A stretch of 64,000 bases of DNA from Vicinamibacterales bacterium (lineage in GTDB: Bacteria > Acidobacteriota > Vicinamibacteria > Vicinamibacterales > UBA2999). Positions 50,417 through 62,650 of the stretch are shown here, one piece after another (within the stretch, counting starts at the first letter, position 1; every line of letters starts with the position of its first letter). The position numbers and the translations under genes were made by a program. The notes beneath the pieces are model-generated. The model was given only the letters and a program-made list of their open reading frames with translations, was not told where the DNA came from and did not search any database. The stretch is from NCBI GenBank assembly GCA_035293405.1, contig DATDOE010000031.1, positions 9,936-73,935 of the forward strand, written 5' to 3'.

Positions 50417-50838
50417 CATTCTCCCATCACCTTCACGACCACGCGCTTGCGTCGCTGCCCGTCGAATTCAGCGTAGAACACCTGCTCCCACGGTCCGAGA
50501 TCGAGCTTGCCGGCGGTGATCGGCAGGATGACCTGGTGGCCCATGAGGGTGCGCTTCAGATGCGCGTCGGCGTTGTCTTCGCCCGTCCGGTGGTGGCGAT
50601 AGTCCAACCCGGCCGGCGCCAGCTTCTCGAGCCAGACCTGGAAATCGTGAATGAGACCTTCCTCCCAATCGTTCACGTAGACGGCGGACGTGATGTGCAT
50701 CGCCGACACGAGCACCATCCCTTCCTTGACGCCGCTCGTCTTGACGATGCCCGCGACATCGTCGGTGATGCGAATGAACTCCTGCCGCGTCTTGGTGTTG
50801 AACCACAAGTACTCGGTCGCTGTCGTCATGACTCCCAA
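50416..50838 (-). CDS. yjbQ: YjbQ/UPF0047 family protein (secondary thiamine-phosphate synthase-like)
   Basis: Family-typical ...[20 protein letters not shown]....L..LAP....Y.H......NADAHLK....G....LPI..G.L.LG.WQ pattern. About 140 aa. Confidence 0.8.
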   Translation of the reverse strand: MGVMTTATEYLWFNTKTRQEFIRITDDVAGIVKTSGVKEGMVLVSAMHITSAVYVNDWEEGLIHDFQVWLEKLAPAGLDYRHHRTGEDNADAHLKRTLMGHQVILPITAGKLDLGPWEQVFYAEFDGQRRKRVVVKVMGE

Positions 50839-50869
50839 GCCTGATGCACGTTCCAGGGTCCAGGTTCCT

Positions 50870-51934
50870 TCACAGCTTCAACGCCGCGTCCGCGTTGAGA
50901 TCCCATCCGGCCGTCTGTCCGGCGCGAAACTTCCTCAAGCCTGCGGCGGCAATCATCGCCGCATTATCGGTGGAGAGCGCCAGGCTCGGAATGAACACCG
51001 GCAACTCACGGGCGTCGCCCCGCGAGCGGGCATCCGCGCGCAGGCGGCTGTTGGCCGAGACGCCACCCGCGATCCCGACGCTTCGCGCGCCGCACCATCG
51101 TGCCGCGTCGAAGAGCCGCTCGACGAGCGTTTCCACCACGACTCGCTGAAAGCTGGCGCAGATGTCTTCGATCTCCTGATCGGGCAACCGATCGGCAGAC
51201 GACAGGCCGAGCGCCTCGCGCCGCAGGGTTACGTGCCGGAGCACCGACGTCTTCAGGCCGCTGAAGCTGAAGTCGCGGCGGCCCGCGAGATGAGGCGCGT
51301 TCCGGTCGGCGTGCGTCAATCGTGTCTTTGGAAACGGGACCGCCCGGTCGTTGCCCAGCGCGGCAAGACGATCGATCGCCGGGCCGCCCGGATACGCGAG
51401 TCCCAGGAGCTTCGCGACCTTGTCATATGCCTCTCCGGCGGCATCATCGCGGGTCCGGCCCAGGAGCTCGGAGATGCCGGGCTCTGCCACGCGATAGAGG
51501 CTGGTGTGGCCGCCGGACACGACGAGCACGACTGCCGGCAACGGCATCTCGCCCTGCTCGAGGACCAGCGATTCGATATGTCCGGCCAGATGGTGGACGC
51601 CGATCAGCGGCACGGACTTCGACCAGGCCAGGGCCTTCGCGAAGGACACACCCACGAGCAGCGACCCGACCAGACCCGGCCCCTGCGTCACGGCGATCGC
51701 CTCGTAGGGAGCGTGGTCGCCGTCGGCGAGCGCGCGTTCTACCACGCCACAGATATCCCGTATGTGCTGACGCGCCGACAACTCCGGGACGACGCCGCCC
51801 CATACGCGGTGGATGTCAACCTGCGATGCCACCACGCTCGATCGCAGACGCCACGGGCGACCGGCGTCCCCGGTCTCCTCGACGAGTGCAGCCGCGGTTT
51901 CATCGCAGGACGTTTCGATACCGAGGACGATCAT
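50870..51934 (-). CDS. tsaD: tRNA N6-adenosine threonylcarbamoyltransferase
   Basis: [29 protein letters not shown], and GGVSAN near the C-terminus. Confidence 0.92.
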
Positions 51935-52065
<131 letters not shown>

Positions 52066-52087
<22 letters not shown>

Positions 52088-53133
52088 CGCTCTTCGTCGA
52101 CCAACTGCGCCAGAGACTCGCTGAACGGTGCCATGGCGACGCCGCGTTCGGTGATGATGGCGGTCACGTACTTCGCGGGCGTGACATCGAACGCGGGGTT
52201 GCGAACACGCGCCCCCGGCGGCGTCAGGCGCGACGTTCCGACGTGCGTCACCTCGCGGTCGCTTCGCTCCTCGATCGGAATTCGGCTCCCGTCTGGCGTC
52301 TGCAGATCGATGGTCGAGATCGGCGCGGCGACGTAGAAGGGAATGCCGTGCTCTTTGGCCAACACGGCGACGCTGTAGGTACCAATCTTGTTGGCCACGT
52401 CTCCGTTCGCGGCGATGCGGTCGGCGCCCACCACGACCAGGTCGACGTGGCCAAGCCGCATCATCGAGCCCGCCATGTTGTCGGTAATCACCGTGGTGTC
52501 GATGCCGTCCCGCACGAGCTCCCACGCCGTCAACCGGGCACCCTGGAGAAACGGCCGCGTCTCATCGGCCAGCACCGCGATCTTCTTGCCCTGCTCGACG
52601 GCGGCGCGAATGACGCCCAGCGCCGTGCCATAGCCTGCGGTCGCCAGCGCACCGGCGTTGCAATGCGTGAGAATCCGTGCCGTCTCTGGCACCAGGGCCG
52701 CGCCGTGCGCGCCCATCCTCCGGCAGCTCTGGACGTCCTCGTCGTGGATCGCCTGCGCCTCCACCTCGAGCCGCCGCTTGATCTCGTCAACCGAGTGGCC
52801 GCCGTGCGCGACCTCGGCGAAGGTTCTCTTCATGCGCTCAATCGCCCAGAACAAGTTGACGGCCGTCGGCCGCGTCGCGGCCATGAGGTCGCAGACCTTC
52901 TGAAACTCGGTCGTGAACTGCTTGGTCCCGGTCGCCGTGCTGCGGCGCATGCCGAGTGCGATGCCCATCGCGGCGGCCACGCCGATGGCCGGCGCGCCGC
53001 GGATCACCATCGTCTTGATGGCCTTCGCCACGTCTTTCGCCGTCTTGCACGTGACGTAGATCTCGGTGACCGGAAGCTTCCGCTGGTCGATCATCACGAC
53101 CGCGTCGTCCTTCCATTCAATCGTCGGGAGCAT
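52066..53133 (-). CDS. mtnA: S-methyl-5-thioribose-1-phosphate isomerase
   Basis: [50 protein letters not shown] at 53133. The last six codons and the TAG stop lie in the heptamer array. Confidence 0.88.
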
Positions 53134-53197
53134 CTGCGGCGATGATATCAGTAGGGGGACGCACGTATCAGCAGGGGCGGGGCCTTCGCCCATCGTC

Positions 53198-53225
53198 GTA
53201 GAGGCGGGTCTTCAGACCCGCCTAC
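53198..53225. repeat. REP-like palindrome GTAGAGGCGGGTCTTCAGACCCGCCTAC
   Basis: Its CTAC tail contains the complement of the cdd TAG stop. Confidence 0.85.
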
Positions 53226-53611
53226 AGCAGTCGGGCATCGAACGGAAGCGGCAGCAGATCCTTGAGCCGATGTCGTCCGGTTTCGCGGCGGAGATTGGCG
53301 AGAATCACCTCGAGATCGCCGCCGAATTCCCAAAGGATCTGCCGGCAGGCGCCGCAGGGCGGTGTGGGCGCCTTGGTGTCGGCGACAACGGCGACGCGGC
53401 GGAACGCGCGGTGGCCCTCGGACAGGGCCTTGAACATCGCCACCCGCTCGGCACACACCGTCAGCCCGTAGGTCGCGTTCTCGACGTTGCAGCCAGTGAT
53501 GATCGTCCCGTCGGCCGCTTCGAGCGCGGCGCCCACCTTGAATCCGGAGTAGCGCGCCTGGGCGTGACGACGGGCGCGGCGCGCGGCGACAACGAGCTCA
53601 GATCCGCTCAA
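53222..53611 (-). CDS. cdd: Cytidine deaminase (small tetrameric type)
   Basis: Zinc motifs CAERVA and PCGACRQ. About 130 aa. No ATG is available; the TTG at 53611, overlapping the PNP 3' end, is proposed as start. Confidence 0.8.
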   Translation of the reverse strand: MSGSELVVAARRARRHAQARYSGFKVGAALEAADGTIITGCNVENATYGLTVCAERVAMFKALSEGHRAFRRVAVVADTKAPTPPCGACRQILWEFGGDLEVILANLRRETGRHRLKDLLPLPFDARLL

Positions 53612-54410
53612 TGATTCCCTCGAGCAAGGCAATGAACGAGCCCCGCACGCGACGCGCCGTTTCCATGACCTCGTCGTGCACGAGCGGCTGCGGCAGCACG
53701 CCGGCCGCCATGTTGGTGATACACGAGATGCCGAGCACGTCCATCCCCATGTGCCGTGCGGCAATCGCCTCGGGCACCGTCGACATGCCGACGGCATCAG
53801 CGCCAATCGTCCGAAAGTATCGAATCTCGGCCGGCGTCTCGTAGCTCGGTCCGTGGACCGCGACATAGACGCCGTGCGTCACCGCGACACGCCTGGACAG
53901 CGCCGCCTCGCCGGCGAGCGTCCGCAGTCGTCGTGAGTACACCTCGCTCATGTCCGGAAAGCGTGGCCCGAAGCGATCGTCATTCAACCCGACGAGCGGA
54001 TTGCTCCCGAGCATGTTGATGTGGTCGTCGATGATCATCAAAGTACCTTGCGAGAACGCAGTGTTGATGCCGCCGGCAGCGTTCGTCAGGATGATCTGCT
54101 TGACGCCGAGACGGCCCATGACGCGCGTCGCGAAGGCGACGGTGGCGAGATCGTGGCCCTCGTAAAAGTGCACGCGCCCGGCCAGGGCCGCAATCCGCTT
54201 CCCCGCCACGGTGCCGACGACCAGGCGGCCGGCGTGGCCGACCACAGTCGACGCGGGCCAATGCGGCAGCGCCGCGTACGGCGTCGCCACGGATTCGCCC
54301 AATGTGTCCGCGAAGTCACCGAGGCCCGACCCAAGGACGATCGCGGTTTGCGGTGACTCGCCACAACGGCCGCGAACGGCCGCAGCGGCTTCCTCGACGC
54401 GGTCGAACAT
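53598..54410 (-). CDS. Purine nucleoside phosphorylase (trimeric PNP/PunA type)
   Basis: Motifs VLGSGLG, RVHFYEGH, TNAAGGIN and GMSTVPE. ATG at 54410. Confidence 0.85.
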   Translation of the reverse strand: MFDRVEEAAAAVRGRCGESPQTAIVLGSGLGDFADTLGESVATPYAALPHWPASTVVGHAGRLVVGTVAGKRIAALAGRVHFYEGHDLATVAFATRVMGRLGVKQIILTNAAGGINTAFSQGTLMIIDDHINMLGSNPLVGLNDDRFGPRFPDMSEVYSRRLRTLAGEAALSRRVAVTHGVYVAVHGPSYETPAEIRYFRTIGADAVGMSTVPEAIAARHMGMDVLGISCITNMAAGVLPQPLVHDEVMETARRVRGSFIALLEGIIERI

Positions 54411-54426
54411 GTCTTCAGCCACGATG

Positions 54427-54468
54427 GACACGAAGACTTTGGCCACAAAGGACACAAAGATCACAAAG
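54427..54468. repeat. Tandem 9-mer tract (NNCACAAAG x3 plus GACACGAAG) upstream of the PNP gene
   Basis: GACACGAAG ACTTTG GCCACAAAG GACACAAAG ATCACAAAG. A partial complement (GTCTTCGTGGTC) lies at 54529-54540, next to GTAGTGGCTAC, which holds the nupC TAG stop. Confidence 0.6.
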
Positions 54469-54547
54469 GGTTTTCTGGCTCTTTGACATTCCGAACATTG
54501 TGCTCGCAGTGTTCTGTGTGGCTGATCCGTCTTCGTGGTCGTAGTGG

Positions 54548-55933
54548 CTACAGCAGCATCCCCGCGATCGTGGCGGTGAGGAAGTTCGCGAACGTCCCGG
54601 CGAGCATCGCGCGGAGTCCGAGTCGTGCGAGGTCATGCCGGCGCTCGGGAGCGAGGGCGCCGATGCCGCCGATCTGAATGCCGATCGAGCTGAAGTTCGC
54701 GAAGCCGCAGAGCGCAAACGTGGCGATGGTGAACGACTTCGGGTCGAGGGTCGCCTTCAGCGGACCGAGCTGCGAGTAGGCGACGAACTCATTGAGCACC
54801 ATGCGCGTGCCCAGCAGGTTGCCAATCGTCGGCGCATCGTGCCACGGCACGCCGAGCGCCCAGGCGATGGGGGCGAAGACGTAGCCGAGAATCAACTGGA
54901 GACTCAGCCCCGCGCCCCAGCCGGCCACGCGTTGCAGCCCATCACCGACGAGCCCGAGACCGGCATTCAACAGCGCGACGAGGGCCAGAAACGAGATCAA
55001 CATCGCGCCGACGTTGAGCGCGAGATGGAGGCCTTCGCCGGTGCCACGCCCAATGGCATCGATGACGTTCACATCCGTTTTCTCGACCACGAGCCGCACG
55101 CTGCCCATCGTCTCGGGCACACCCGTTTCCGGGACGAACAGCTTCGCCATCATCAGCGTGCCCGGGGCCGTCATGATGACGGCCGTGAGCAGGTGCTGTG
55201 CGTCCACTCCGAAGAGAATGTACGCGGCCATGACGCCGCCCGAGATATGAGCCATGCCGGCGGTCATCACCGTCATCAGCTCCGACTCGGTCATCCGGGG
55301 CAGGAACGGCCGGATGGTCAGCGGCGCCTCCGTCTGCCCCATGAAGATGCTGGCCGCTACGTTCAACGATTCGGCGCCGCTGGCGCGCATGAAGCGGCGC
55401 ATGATCACCGCGAACAACCGCACGACGAACACCATGATGCCGAAGTAATAGAGCATCGCGAACAGCGCGGCGATGAAGATGATCGTCGGCAACACCATGA
55501 ACGCGAAGATGTTGGCGTATTGCGCGCCATCGGGACCCAGCACGCCGGTCACGATTTTCGGCCACACGTCCGGGTTGCCCAGCGGCCCGAACACGAACGA
55601 CGAGCCCACGAACGCGAAGTTCAGGATGCGCGTGATGACGCCCCCGGCAACCTGGAACACCGCCTGCCCGGCATCGGTCCTGAGGACGATGACTGCGAAC
55701 AGGAACTGCAGGCCGAGACCCCACGCCACCGTGCGGTAGTCAATCGAGCGGCGCGCGTTCGACAGGCAATACGCCAGGGCGAGAATCAGCGCCAACCCCG
55801 CCACCGGCTGTAGACGGCTGGCTCCAGCAAATCCAAGGGCGATGGCGGCAGCCGCGATGGCGGCCAGCCCGCCGAGCACCATGAGATCGAGGCGGGTCCA
55901 CGACTGGCGGGCACGGGGCGGCGTCTCGATCAC
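54548..55933 (-). CDS. nupC: Concentrative nucleoside transporter (NupC/CNT family)
   Basis: CNT-like N-terminal region VAWGLGLQFLFAVIVLRT and multiple TM segments. The GTG at 55933 is preceded by GAGGAG. An alternative ATG lies at 55882. Confidence 0.8.
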   Translation of the reverse strand: MIETPPRARQSWTRLDLMVLGGLAAIAAAAIALGFAGASRLQPVAGLALILALAYCLSNARRSIDYRTVAWGLGLQFLFAVIVLRTDAGQAVFQVAGGVITRILNFAFVGSSFVFGPLGNPDVWPKIVTGVLGPDGAQYANIFAFMVLPTIIFIAALFAMLYYFGIMVFVVRLFAVIMRRFMRASGAESLNVAASIFMGQTEAPLTIRPFLPRMTESELMTVMTAGMAHISGGVMAAYILFGVDAQHLLTAVIMTAPGTLMMAKLFVPETGVPETMGSVRLVVEKTDVNVIDAIGRGTGEGLHLALNVGAMLISFLALVALLNAGLGLVGDGLQRVAGWGAGLSLQLILGYVFAPIAWALGVPWHDAPTIGNLLGTRMVLNEFVAYSQLGPLKATLDPKSFTIATFALCGFANFSSIGIQIGGIGALAPERRHDLARLGLRAMLAGTFANFLTATIAGMLL

Positions 55934-55949
55934 TCGTCCATCTCCTCGC

Positions 55950-57254
<1,305 letters not shown>

Positions 57255-57303
57255 GGAGAGCGCTCAGTATAAGGCCTCGCTCCGGTAGAATCGGGTAGCG
57301 TAC

Positions 57304-59547
57304 ATGCCGCCGACGTCGCCGACGCCTGAGCCAATGCCCGCCGAGTTGAGCGGGCTCCTGGCCGAATTCGCGCGCGCCTGCAAGGCCGCGGCCCGCGTGG
57401 TGTCGCTGTATCCAGGTACACACCCCGCCATCGCCAGCTCGCTGTCCCGGGTGGTCGCCACCAGTGGACGACTCACCAGCAGCGGCCGGGTGGTCTGCAC
57501 CGTGCATCCGGACGTCCTGGCCATCGAAGGACAGGCGCCGCTGCGGCCCGACGCCGCGATCGGCGAGCTGGCCTCCCTGCTTCACGAACGGCTCATCGGC
57601 GAGCTCACGATTCAGCGCGAGGCCGACGTCGAAGACTGGCGCGCCCTGCTCCTGCTGCTGGCGCGAGCGCCTGAAGATCTCATCGGCACCGGCGGCATCG
57701 GCAACGCCTGGGCCGACAGCGGCCGGTCCCATTTCGAGATTCGGGAAATCGATTACGCCGAATTACTCCGCGAGCGAGCCGGAGGCAATAAAGCCCAGTG
57801 GGATCGCATCATCGCGTTGTGCCTGCACGGCGATGCGTCCGGCCTCGACGATCGCGCCTTGGGCTCGCTGCTCGACGCGCTGGCCAACGCCGATCGGTTT
57901 GGCGAGCTGCTGGACCACTTTCAGCATTCCGAATCGCTGGGCACCGTCAGCGTCGGCGCCCGCGTGGCCGCCCTGCTGCAGTTGATGCGCACGGCTCTCG
58001 AGGCGGCGAAGAGCTCGAGTACGACCGACGCCGAAGCGGCGCTGGAGACCATGGCCAATTCGTGCGCGCGGCTGACGCCGGAAATGATGCTGGCGATGCT
58101 CGGCTCGCGGCAGTCGCCCAACGCCGCCGATGCGCAGATGGCCGCCGCCCTCATGGAGCGCATGAGCGATCAGACCGTCGCATCCTTCGTCGCGCGTTCG
58201 GTCACCTCGGAGAAGGGCGCCACCGAGCGGCTCGCACACGCCCTCGAAGTGCTGGTTCCCGAAACCGAACGCAAGGGCCGGGTCCTCGAGCTGGCGCACG
58301 ATGTCGCACAGCAGGAGCATGGGCAGGACGAAGGCTTCGAACCGCTCTGGCAGAGCGCGGCGAACATGCTCACGTCGTACTCGGACTCGTCGTTTGTCTC
58401 CGACGAGTACGGCAAAGAGCTGACCGACACCCGCACGCAAGCGCTGGAAGTCGAGCGCGTGTCGGACGACCCGCCCGAACGTGTGGCGGGCTGGGTCTCG
58501 ACCGTCTCTGAGAGCGCGTTGGAGGATCTCGACCTCGACATGCTGCGCGATCTGCTGAGGATCGAGGGCGACCCGGCGCTCTGGGAAGCCATGGCGGCGA
58601 TTGTGGCCGGCGACATCGAGCGGCGCACACAGCAGGGAGACGCGCGGAGCGCACACTCGCTCGCGGAATCGCTGGTCCGCGAAACGGCAGCGGACGGACG
58701 GCCGGCGCTCCGCGAGCAGGCGATACGGATTATCGAGCGGCTCTCATCGGGACCACTCGTGCGCCACGTCGGCGTGCACCTTCGTAAGGTGGAGGACGGC
58801 GATGTCGAGCCTCTCAATCGTCTGTGTCACACCATCGGTGCAGGCGTGGTCCAGCCGCTGGCCGAGCTCCTGGCCGTCGAGGAGAACCCCCGCGCCACCC
58901 GTCGTCTCCGCGAGATGCTCCTGGGCTTCGGTGCGGCCGGACGGCAATCGGTCGAGAAACTCAAGAACTCACCCAATCCCGCCGTCCGGCGCACCGCGAT
59001 CGATCTGCTGCGCGTCTTCGGTGGACAGGAAGCCCTCCCCGAACTGGCCTCGATGCTCGACGACGCCGATCCGCAGGTGCGGCGGGAGTCGATCCGCGCC
59101 ATCGTGCAGATCGGCACGAACAACGCCTACGCCGTGCTGCAACGCGCGCTCATCACCGGCAGCGGCTCGCGCGAGACGGTGCTCCAGGAGCTCCTCGGAC
59201 TTCGCGACGACAAGGCGGCACCGCTCCTCTGCTACGTCCTCCGGCAGACCCAGCCCACCGGCAAGCTGTTCCGCGTGCATATCGAGATGATCGAAGCCGT
59301 CGGCAGTCTCAGGGCGCATCCCGAGTCGATACGGACGCTGCGGCATGTGTTGTACAGCGGCAGCATCTGGAGGCCCTTCAACACGCGCACGCTCCGCCGC
59401 GCGGCGGCCACCGCCCTCCGCCGCATCGGCACGCCAGAGGCAACGGCGGTGCTCGATGAGGCCGTGGCCAAAGGCCCTCGTCCTGTGCGGAATGCCGCGA
59501 AGGCGGAGGCCGGGCTCGCGCCGCGCCCGGAGACCAACAAGACATGA
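57304..59547 (+). CDS. HEAT-repeat protein whose N-terminal domain is shared with the downstream HD-GYP protein
   Basis: C-terminal HEAT/PBS-lyase-type repeats (NPAVRRTAIDLLRVFGGQEALPELASMLDDADPQVRRESIRAIVQIG). Its stop overlaps the next start (ATGA at 59544-59547). Confidence 0.65.
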   Translation: MPPTSPTPEPMPAELSGLLAEFARACKAAARVVSLYPGTHPAIASSLSRVVATSGRLTSSGRVVCTVHPDVLAIEGQAPLRPDAAIGELASLLHERLIGELTIQREADVEDWRALLLLLARAPEDLIGTGGIGNAWADSGRSHFEIREIDYAELLRERAGGNKAQWDRIIALCLHGDASGLDDRALGSLLDALANADRFGELLDHFQHSESLGTVSVGARVAALLQLMRTALEAAKSSSTTDAEAALETMANSCARLTPEMMLAMLGSRQSPNAADAQMAAALMERMSDQTVASFVARSVTSEKGATERLAHALEVLVPETERKGRVLELAHDVAQQEHGQDEGFEPLWQSAANMLTSYSDSSFVSDEYGKELTDTRTQALEVERVSDDPPERVAGWVSTVSESALEDLDLDMLRDLLRIEGDPALWEAMAAIVAGDIERRTQQGDARSAHSLAESLVRETAADGRPALREQAIRIIERLSSGPLVRHVGVHLRKVEDGDVEPLNRLCHTIGAGVVQPLAELLAVEENPRATRRLREMLLGFGAAGRQSVEKLKNSPNPAVRRTAIDLLRVFGGQEALPELASMLDDADPQVRRESIRAIVQIGTNNAYAVLQRALITGSGSRETVLQELLGLRDDKAAPLLCYVLRQTQPTGKLFRVHIEMIEAVGSLRAHPESIRTLRHVLYSGSIWRPFNTRTLRRAAATALRRIGTPEATAVLDEAVAKGPRPVRNAAKAEAGLAPRPETNKT

Positions 59548-60896
59548 ACGCCACCGAGCGCGCGCGCCTCGCCGACGAGCTGCTGCGACGGCTGGCGGCC
59601 ACCATTCGCGGATCGCAGCTCTATGCGCCCGGCCACCCGCTGGTCACACGCAGCATCACGGCGCTCGCCGACACCCTGGTGCTCGTCCATGCGGCGATGC
59701 CCTCGGTCGCGATCGGCATCGTCGGCGATGAGCTCGTCGTCGGCGATATCCCGGTCCCCCGCGCCGCCGAGACGATGGGCGAGCTGATGCGACGTTTGCA
59801 ACACGCCGGCATCGAACGCATCGTCATCGATCGCGGCGTGCAGATCGACGAGATCATGCGCCTCGTCGAAACGGTGTCTCGCGCGGACTCTGGCGACCAG
59901 ACGGCGGCGCTCTCGCGCTTGCCGCACATTCGCGTCGGACGCCTGCAGGTTGACGATCCGGTCGACACGACCGTTGGCGACATCGCGACGTTCCGCAAGC
60001 TGTACGACGATGCGGTGAAGGTGGCCGAGACACTGTGGGAGAGCGCGGGCGTCGAGGGCATCCCCGACGCCGACGCCGCCCGCGGCATGGTCGATTCGCT
60101 GGCCCAGGCCGTGGCGCAGAACCGGACGGCGCTGCTCGCGCTCACCGCGCTCAAGAACTACGACAACTACACCTTCACGCACATGGTCAACGTGTCGATC
60201 CTCACGATGGGACAGGCACGCGGCGTGGGCATCGATGGTCCGCTGCTCCGCGAGTTCGGGCTCTCGGCGCTCATGCACGACATCGGCAAGGTCAAGACGC
60301 CGAATGAAATTCTCAACAAGCCGGACAAGCTGACCGAGCAGGAATACGAGATCCTCAAGCGACACACAGTCGACGGCGCGCAGATTCTACGGAAGACCCC
60401 GGAGATGCCGACCCTGGCCCCCATCGTCGCCTTCGAGCATCACCTGCGCGCTGACGGCACGGGCTACCCACACGCCGAGCGAACGCAGTTGAACCTCGGC
60501 ACCACGCTGTGCGGCATCGCCGACGTCTACGATGCGATGCGCTCGCAGCGGGTCTATCAGCCGGCGTTTCCAACCGATCGCATTCTGGCGGTGCTGCAGC
60601 GGAACGACGGCAAGCAGTTCGATCAGCACCTGGTCCGACGATTCGTGCAACTGGTCGGCATCTACCCGGCGGGCAATCTCGTACGACTCGACGGCGGCGA
60701 GATCGCGGTCGTGCTCGAGGCGCACGCGCCGGATCCGTACCGCCCCCGGGTTCGGATCCTGATCGGCCGCGACGGCGTCGCCCTCGAGAAGCCGGGCGAG
60801 GTCAATCTCTGGGAGGCAGAGGAGGGCGCCGCCAACGCGATCCAATCACCGCTCGATCCCGCCGAGTACGGGATCGATCCGTTGATACACCTGTAA
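59544..60896 (+). CDS. HD-GYP domain protein (putative c-di-GMP phosphodiesterase)
   Basis: HMVNVS...LMHDIGK...LT..E...LK.HT..GA.IL...HH.R.DGTGYP. Confidence 0.8.
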   Translation: MNATERARLADELLRRLAATIRGSQLYAPGHPLVTRSITALADTLVLVHAAMPSVAIGIVGDELVVGDIPVPRAAETMGELMRRLQHAGIERIVIDRGVQIDEIMRLVETVSRADSGDQTAALSRLPHIRVGRLQVDDPVDTTVGDIATFRKLYDDAVKVAETLWESAGVEGIPDADAARGMVDSLAQAVAQNRTALLALTALKNYDNYTFTHMVNVSILTMGQARGVGIDGPLLREFGLSALMHDIGKVKTPNEILNKPDKLTEQEYEILKRHTVDGAQILRKTPEMPTLAPIVAFEHHLRADGTGYPHAERTQLNLGTTLCGIADVYDAMRSQRVYQPAFPTDRILAVLQRNDGKQFDQHLVRRFVQLVGIYPAGNLVRLDGGEIAVVLEAHAPDPYRPRVRILIGRDGVALEKPGEVNLWEAEEGAANAIQSPLDPAEYGIDPLIHL

Positions 60897-60989
60897 CAAC
60901 GCCCAACTCCCAATCCGAACCTGGGGCCAACTCCCAACTCCCAACTCCCAACCAAGAACCAAGAACCAAGAACCAAGAACCAAGAATTG
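60897..60989. repeat. Compound direct heptamer array (CAACTCC-type units followed by 5 x CAAGAAC)
   Basis: It begins right after the HD-GYP TAA stop. No inverted arm is present. Confidence 0.85.
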
Positions 60990-61019
60990 GGCGCCCGGTA
61001 CATGTAGGATCGACACATC

Positions 61020-62633
61020 ATGCGTCGCCTCGCTCTCTTGATCCTTGCCGCCGGCGTCTTCGCGACCAGCCTCACCATTCGCGCCGCGGATCCGCCTCGA
61101 TTGCTCGTCATCGTCGTCGTGGATCAGATGCGCGCCGACTATCTCCAGCGCTTCGACCGTCACTGGCGCGGCGGGTTCCGCACGCTGCTCGACAAGGGTC
61201 TCGTCTTCGAGAACGCGCGATATCCGTATCTCGTGACCGTGACGTGCGCGGGCCACGCGACAATCGGCACCGGAGCGCTGCCGCACACCCACGGCATGGT
61301 CAACAACACATGGTGGGACCGGAAGGCTCGGGCGCTTACCGGCTGCTCCGCAGATGGGGCCACGTCCGACATCACATACGGTCGCCCCGTCCGCCTTGGC
61401 AACAGTGCCGCGCACCTGATGGTTCCCACACTGGCCGACGAGCTCCGCGCGCAGAAGCCCGGCGCACGCGTCGCGGCTCTGTCGATGAAGGCGCGGAGCG
61501 CGATCATGCTCGCGGGTCATGCGGCTGATGCCGCGGTCTGGTTCGACGATCTGTCCGGGTCGTGGACGACGTCCAAGGCGTTTGCCTCGGGCCCCGTCGC
61601 CGAGGTGAAGGCGTTCGTCGATGAGAATCCGTACGAAAAGGATCTGGGACGGATCTGGAACCTGGGCGGTCCGGCGAACACGTACCTTATGCGCGACGCG
61701 GGTGTTGGAGAGCGTCCGCCGGCCGGCTGGAATGGGCTCTTCCCCCACGTCATCACCGGTCGCGGTGGTATCGACGCGCAATTCTTCACCCTGTGGCAGG
61801 CGACACCGCTCGCCGACGCGTACCTGGCGCGAATGGCGGCATCATTGGTTGACAGCTTCGCGCTCGGACAACGCCAGACGACCGACTTTCTGGGAATCAG
61901 CTTCTCGGTCCTCGACGACGTCGGCCATGCGTTTGGACCCGACAGCCGCGAAGTCGAAGACGTGTTGCGGCAACTCGACGTCACGCTGGGGACGCTCATC
62001 GCGCATCTCGACGCGCGCGTCGGGCGAGCCAACTACGTGCTGGCGCTGTCGGCGGATCATGGCGTCGCACCAATCGCGGTCTCGCCCAAGGGAGGACGGA
62101 TCGCGACCGATGACGTCCGCGAGCGGATCGAAGACGCGCTCACCACGGAGTGGGGGCGGCTGGAGAAGGGCACCTATGTCGACGCGGTGAATTTCACGGA
62201 CGTCTACTTCGCGGCCGGCGTTTTCGACCGGCTGCGTGCGAATCCGAAGCTCATGGCATCGGTCACACGAGCCGTGGAGGAGATTCCTGGTGTGGCCAGG
62301 GCCCTCAGGGGCGATCAGTTGTCGCACACGAGCCAGGATCCGCTCATTCGACGGGGAGCGATGAGCTACCTGAGCTCGCGCAACGGGGACCTGATGGTCG
62401 TGCCGAAGGAGTACTGGTATTTCAGCGGGCGGAACGTCTCGCCGGGGACCACGCACGGCACGTCGTACGATTACGACACGCATGTGCCCCTGATTCTGTT
62501 CGGCGGGAGCGTCAAGCCAGGGCGGGCCACGCAGTCGGCCACGCCCGCGGACATCGCCCCGACGCTCGCCGAACTGGCCGGTATTCGCCTCCCGAATGCC
62601 GAGGGGCGTGCTCTCATCGAGACCGACCGATAA
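61020..62633 (+). CDS. Secreted alkaline-phosphatase-superfamily enzyme (nucleotide pyrophosphatase/phosphodiesterase or PafA-like)
   Basis: Signal peptide MRRLALLILAAGVFATSLTIRA. Metal-site motifs VVVDQMRADYL and LSADHG. Confidence 0.75.
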   Translation: MRRLALLILAAGVFATSLTIRAADPPRLLVIVVVDQMRADYLQRFDRHWRGGFRTLLDKGLVFENARYPYLVTVTCAGHATIGTGALPHTHGMVNNTWWDRKARALTGCSADGATSDITYGRPVRLGNSAAHLMVPTLADELRAQKPGARVAALSMKARSAIMLAGHAADAAVWFDDLSGSWTTSKAFASGPVAEVKAFVDENPYEKDLGRIWNLGGPANTYLMRDAGVGERPPAGWNGLFPHVITGRGGIDAQFFTLWQATPLADAYLARMAASLVDSFALGQRQTTDFLGISFSVLDDVGHAFGPDSREVEDVLRQLDVTLGTLIAHLDARVGRANYVLALSADHGVAPIAVSPKGGRIATDDVRERIEDALTTEWGRLEKGTYVDAVNFTDVYFAAGVFDRLRANPKLMASVTRAVEEIPGVARALRGDQLSHTSQDPLIRRGAMSYLSSRNGDLMVVPKEYWYFSGRNVSPGTTHGTSYDYDTHVPLILFGGSVKPGRATQSATPADIAPTLAELAGIRLPNAEGRALIETDR

Positions 62634-62650
62634 CTTCTCCTGAGGTGGCC

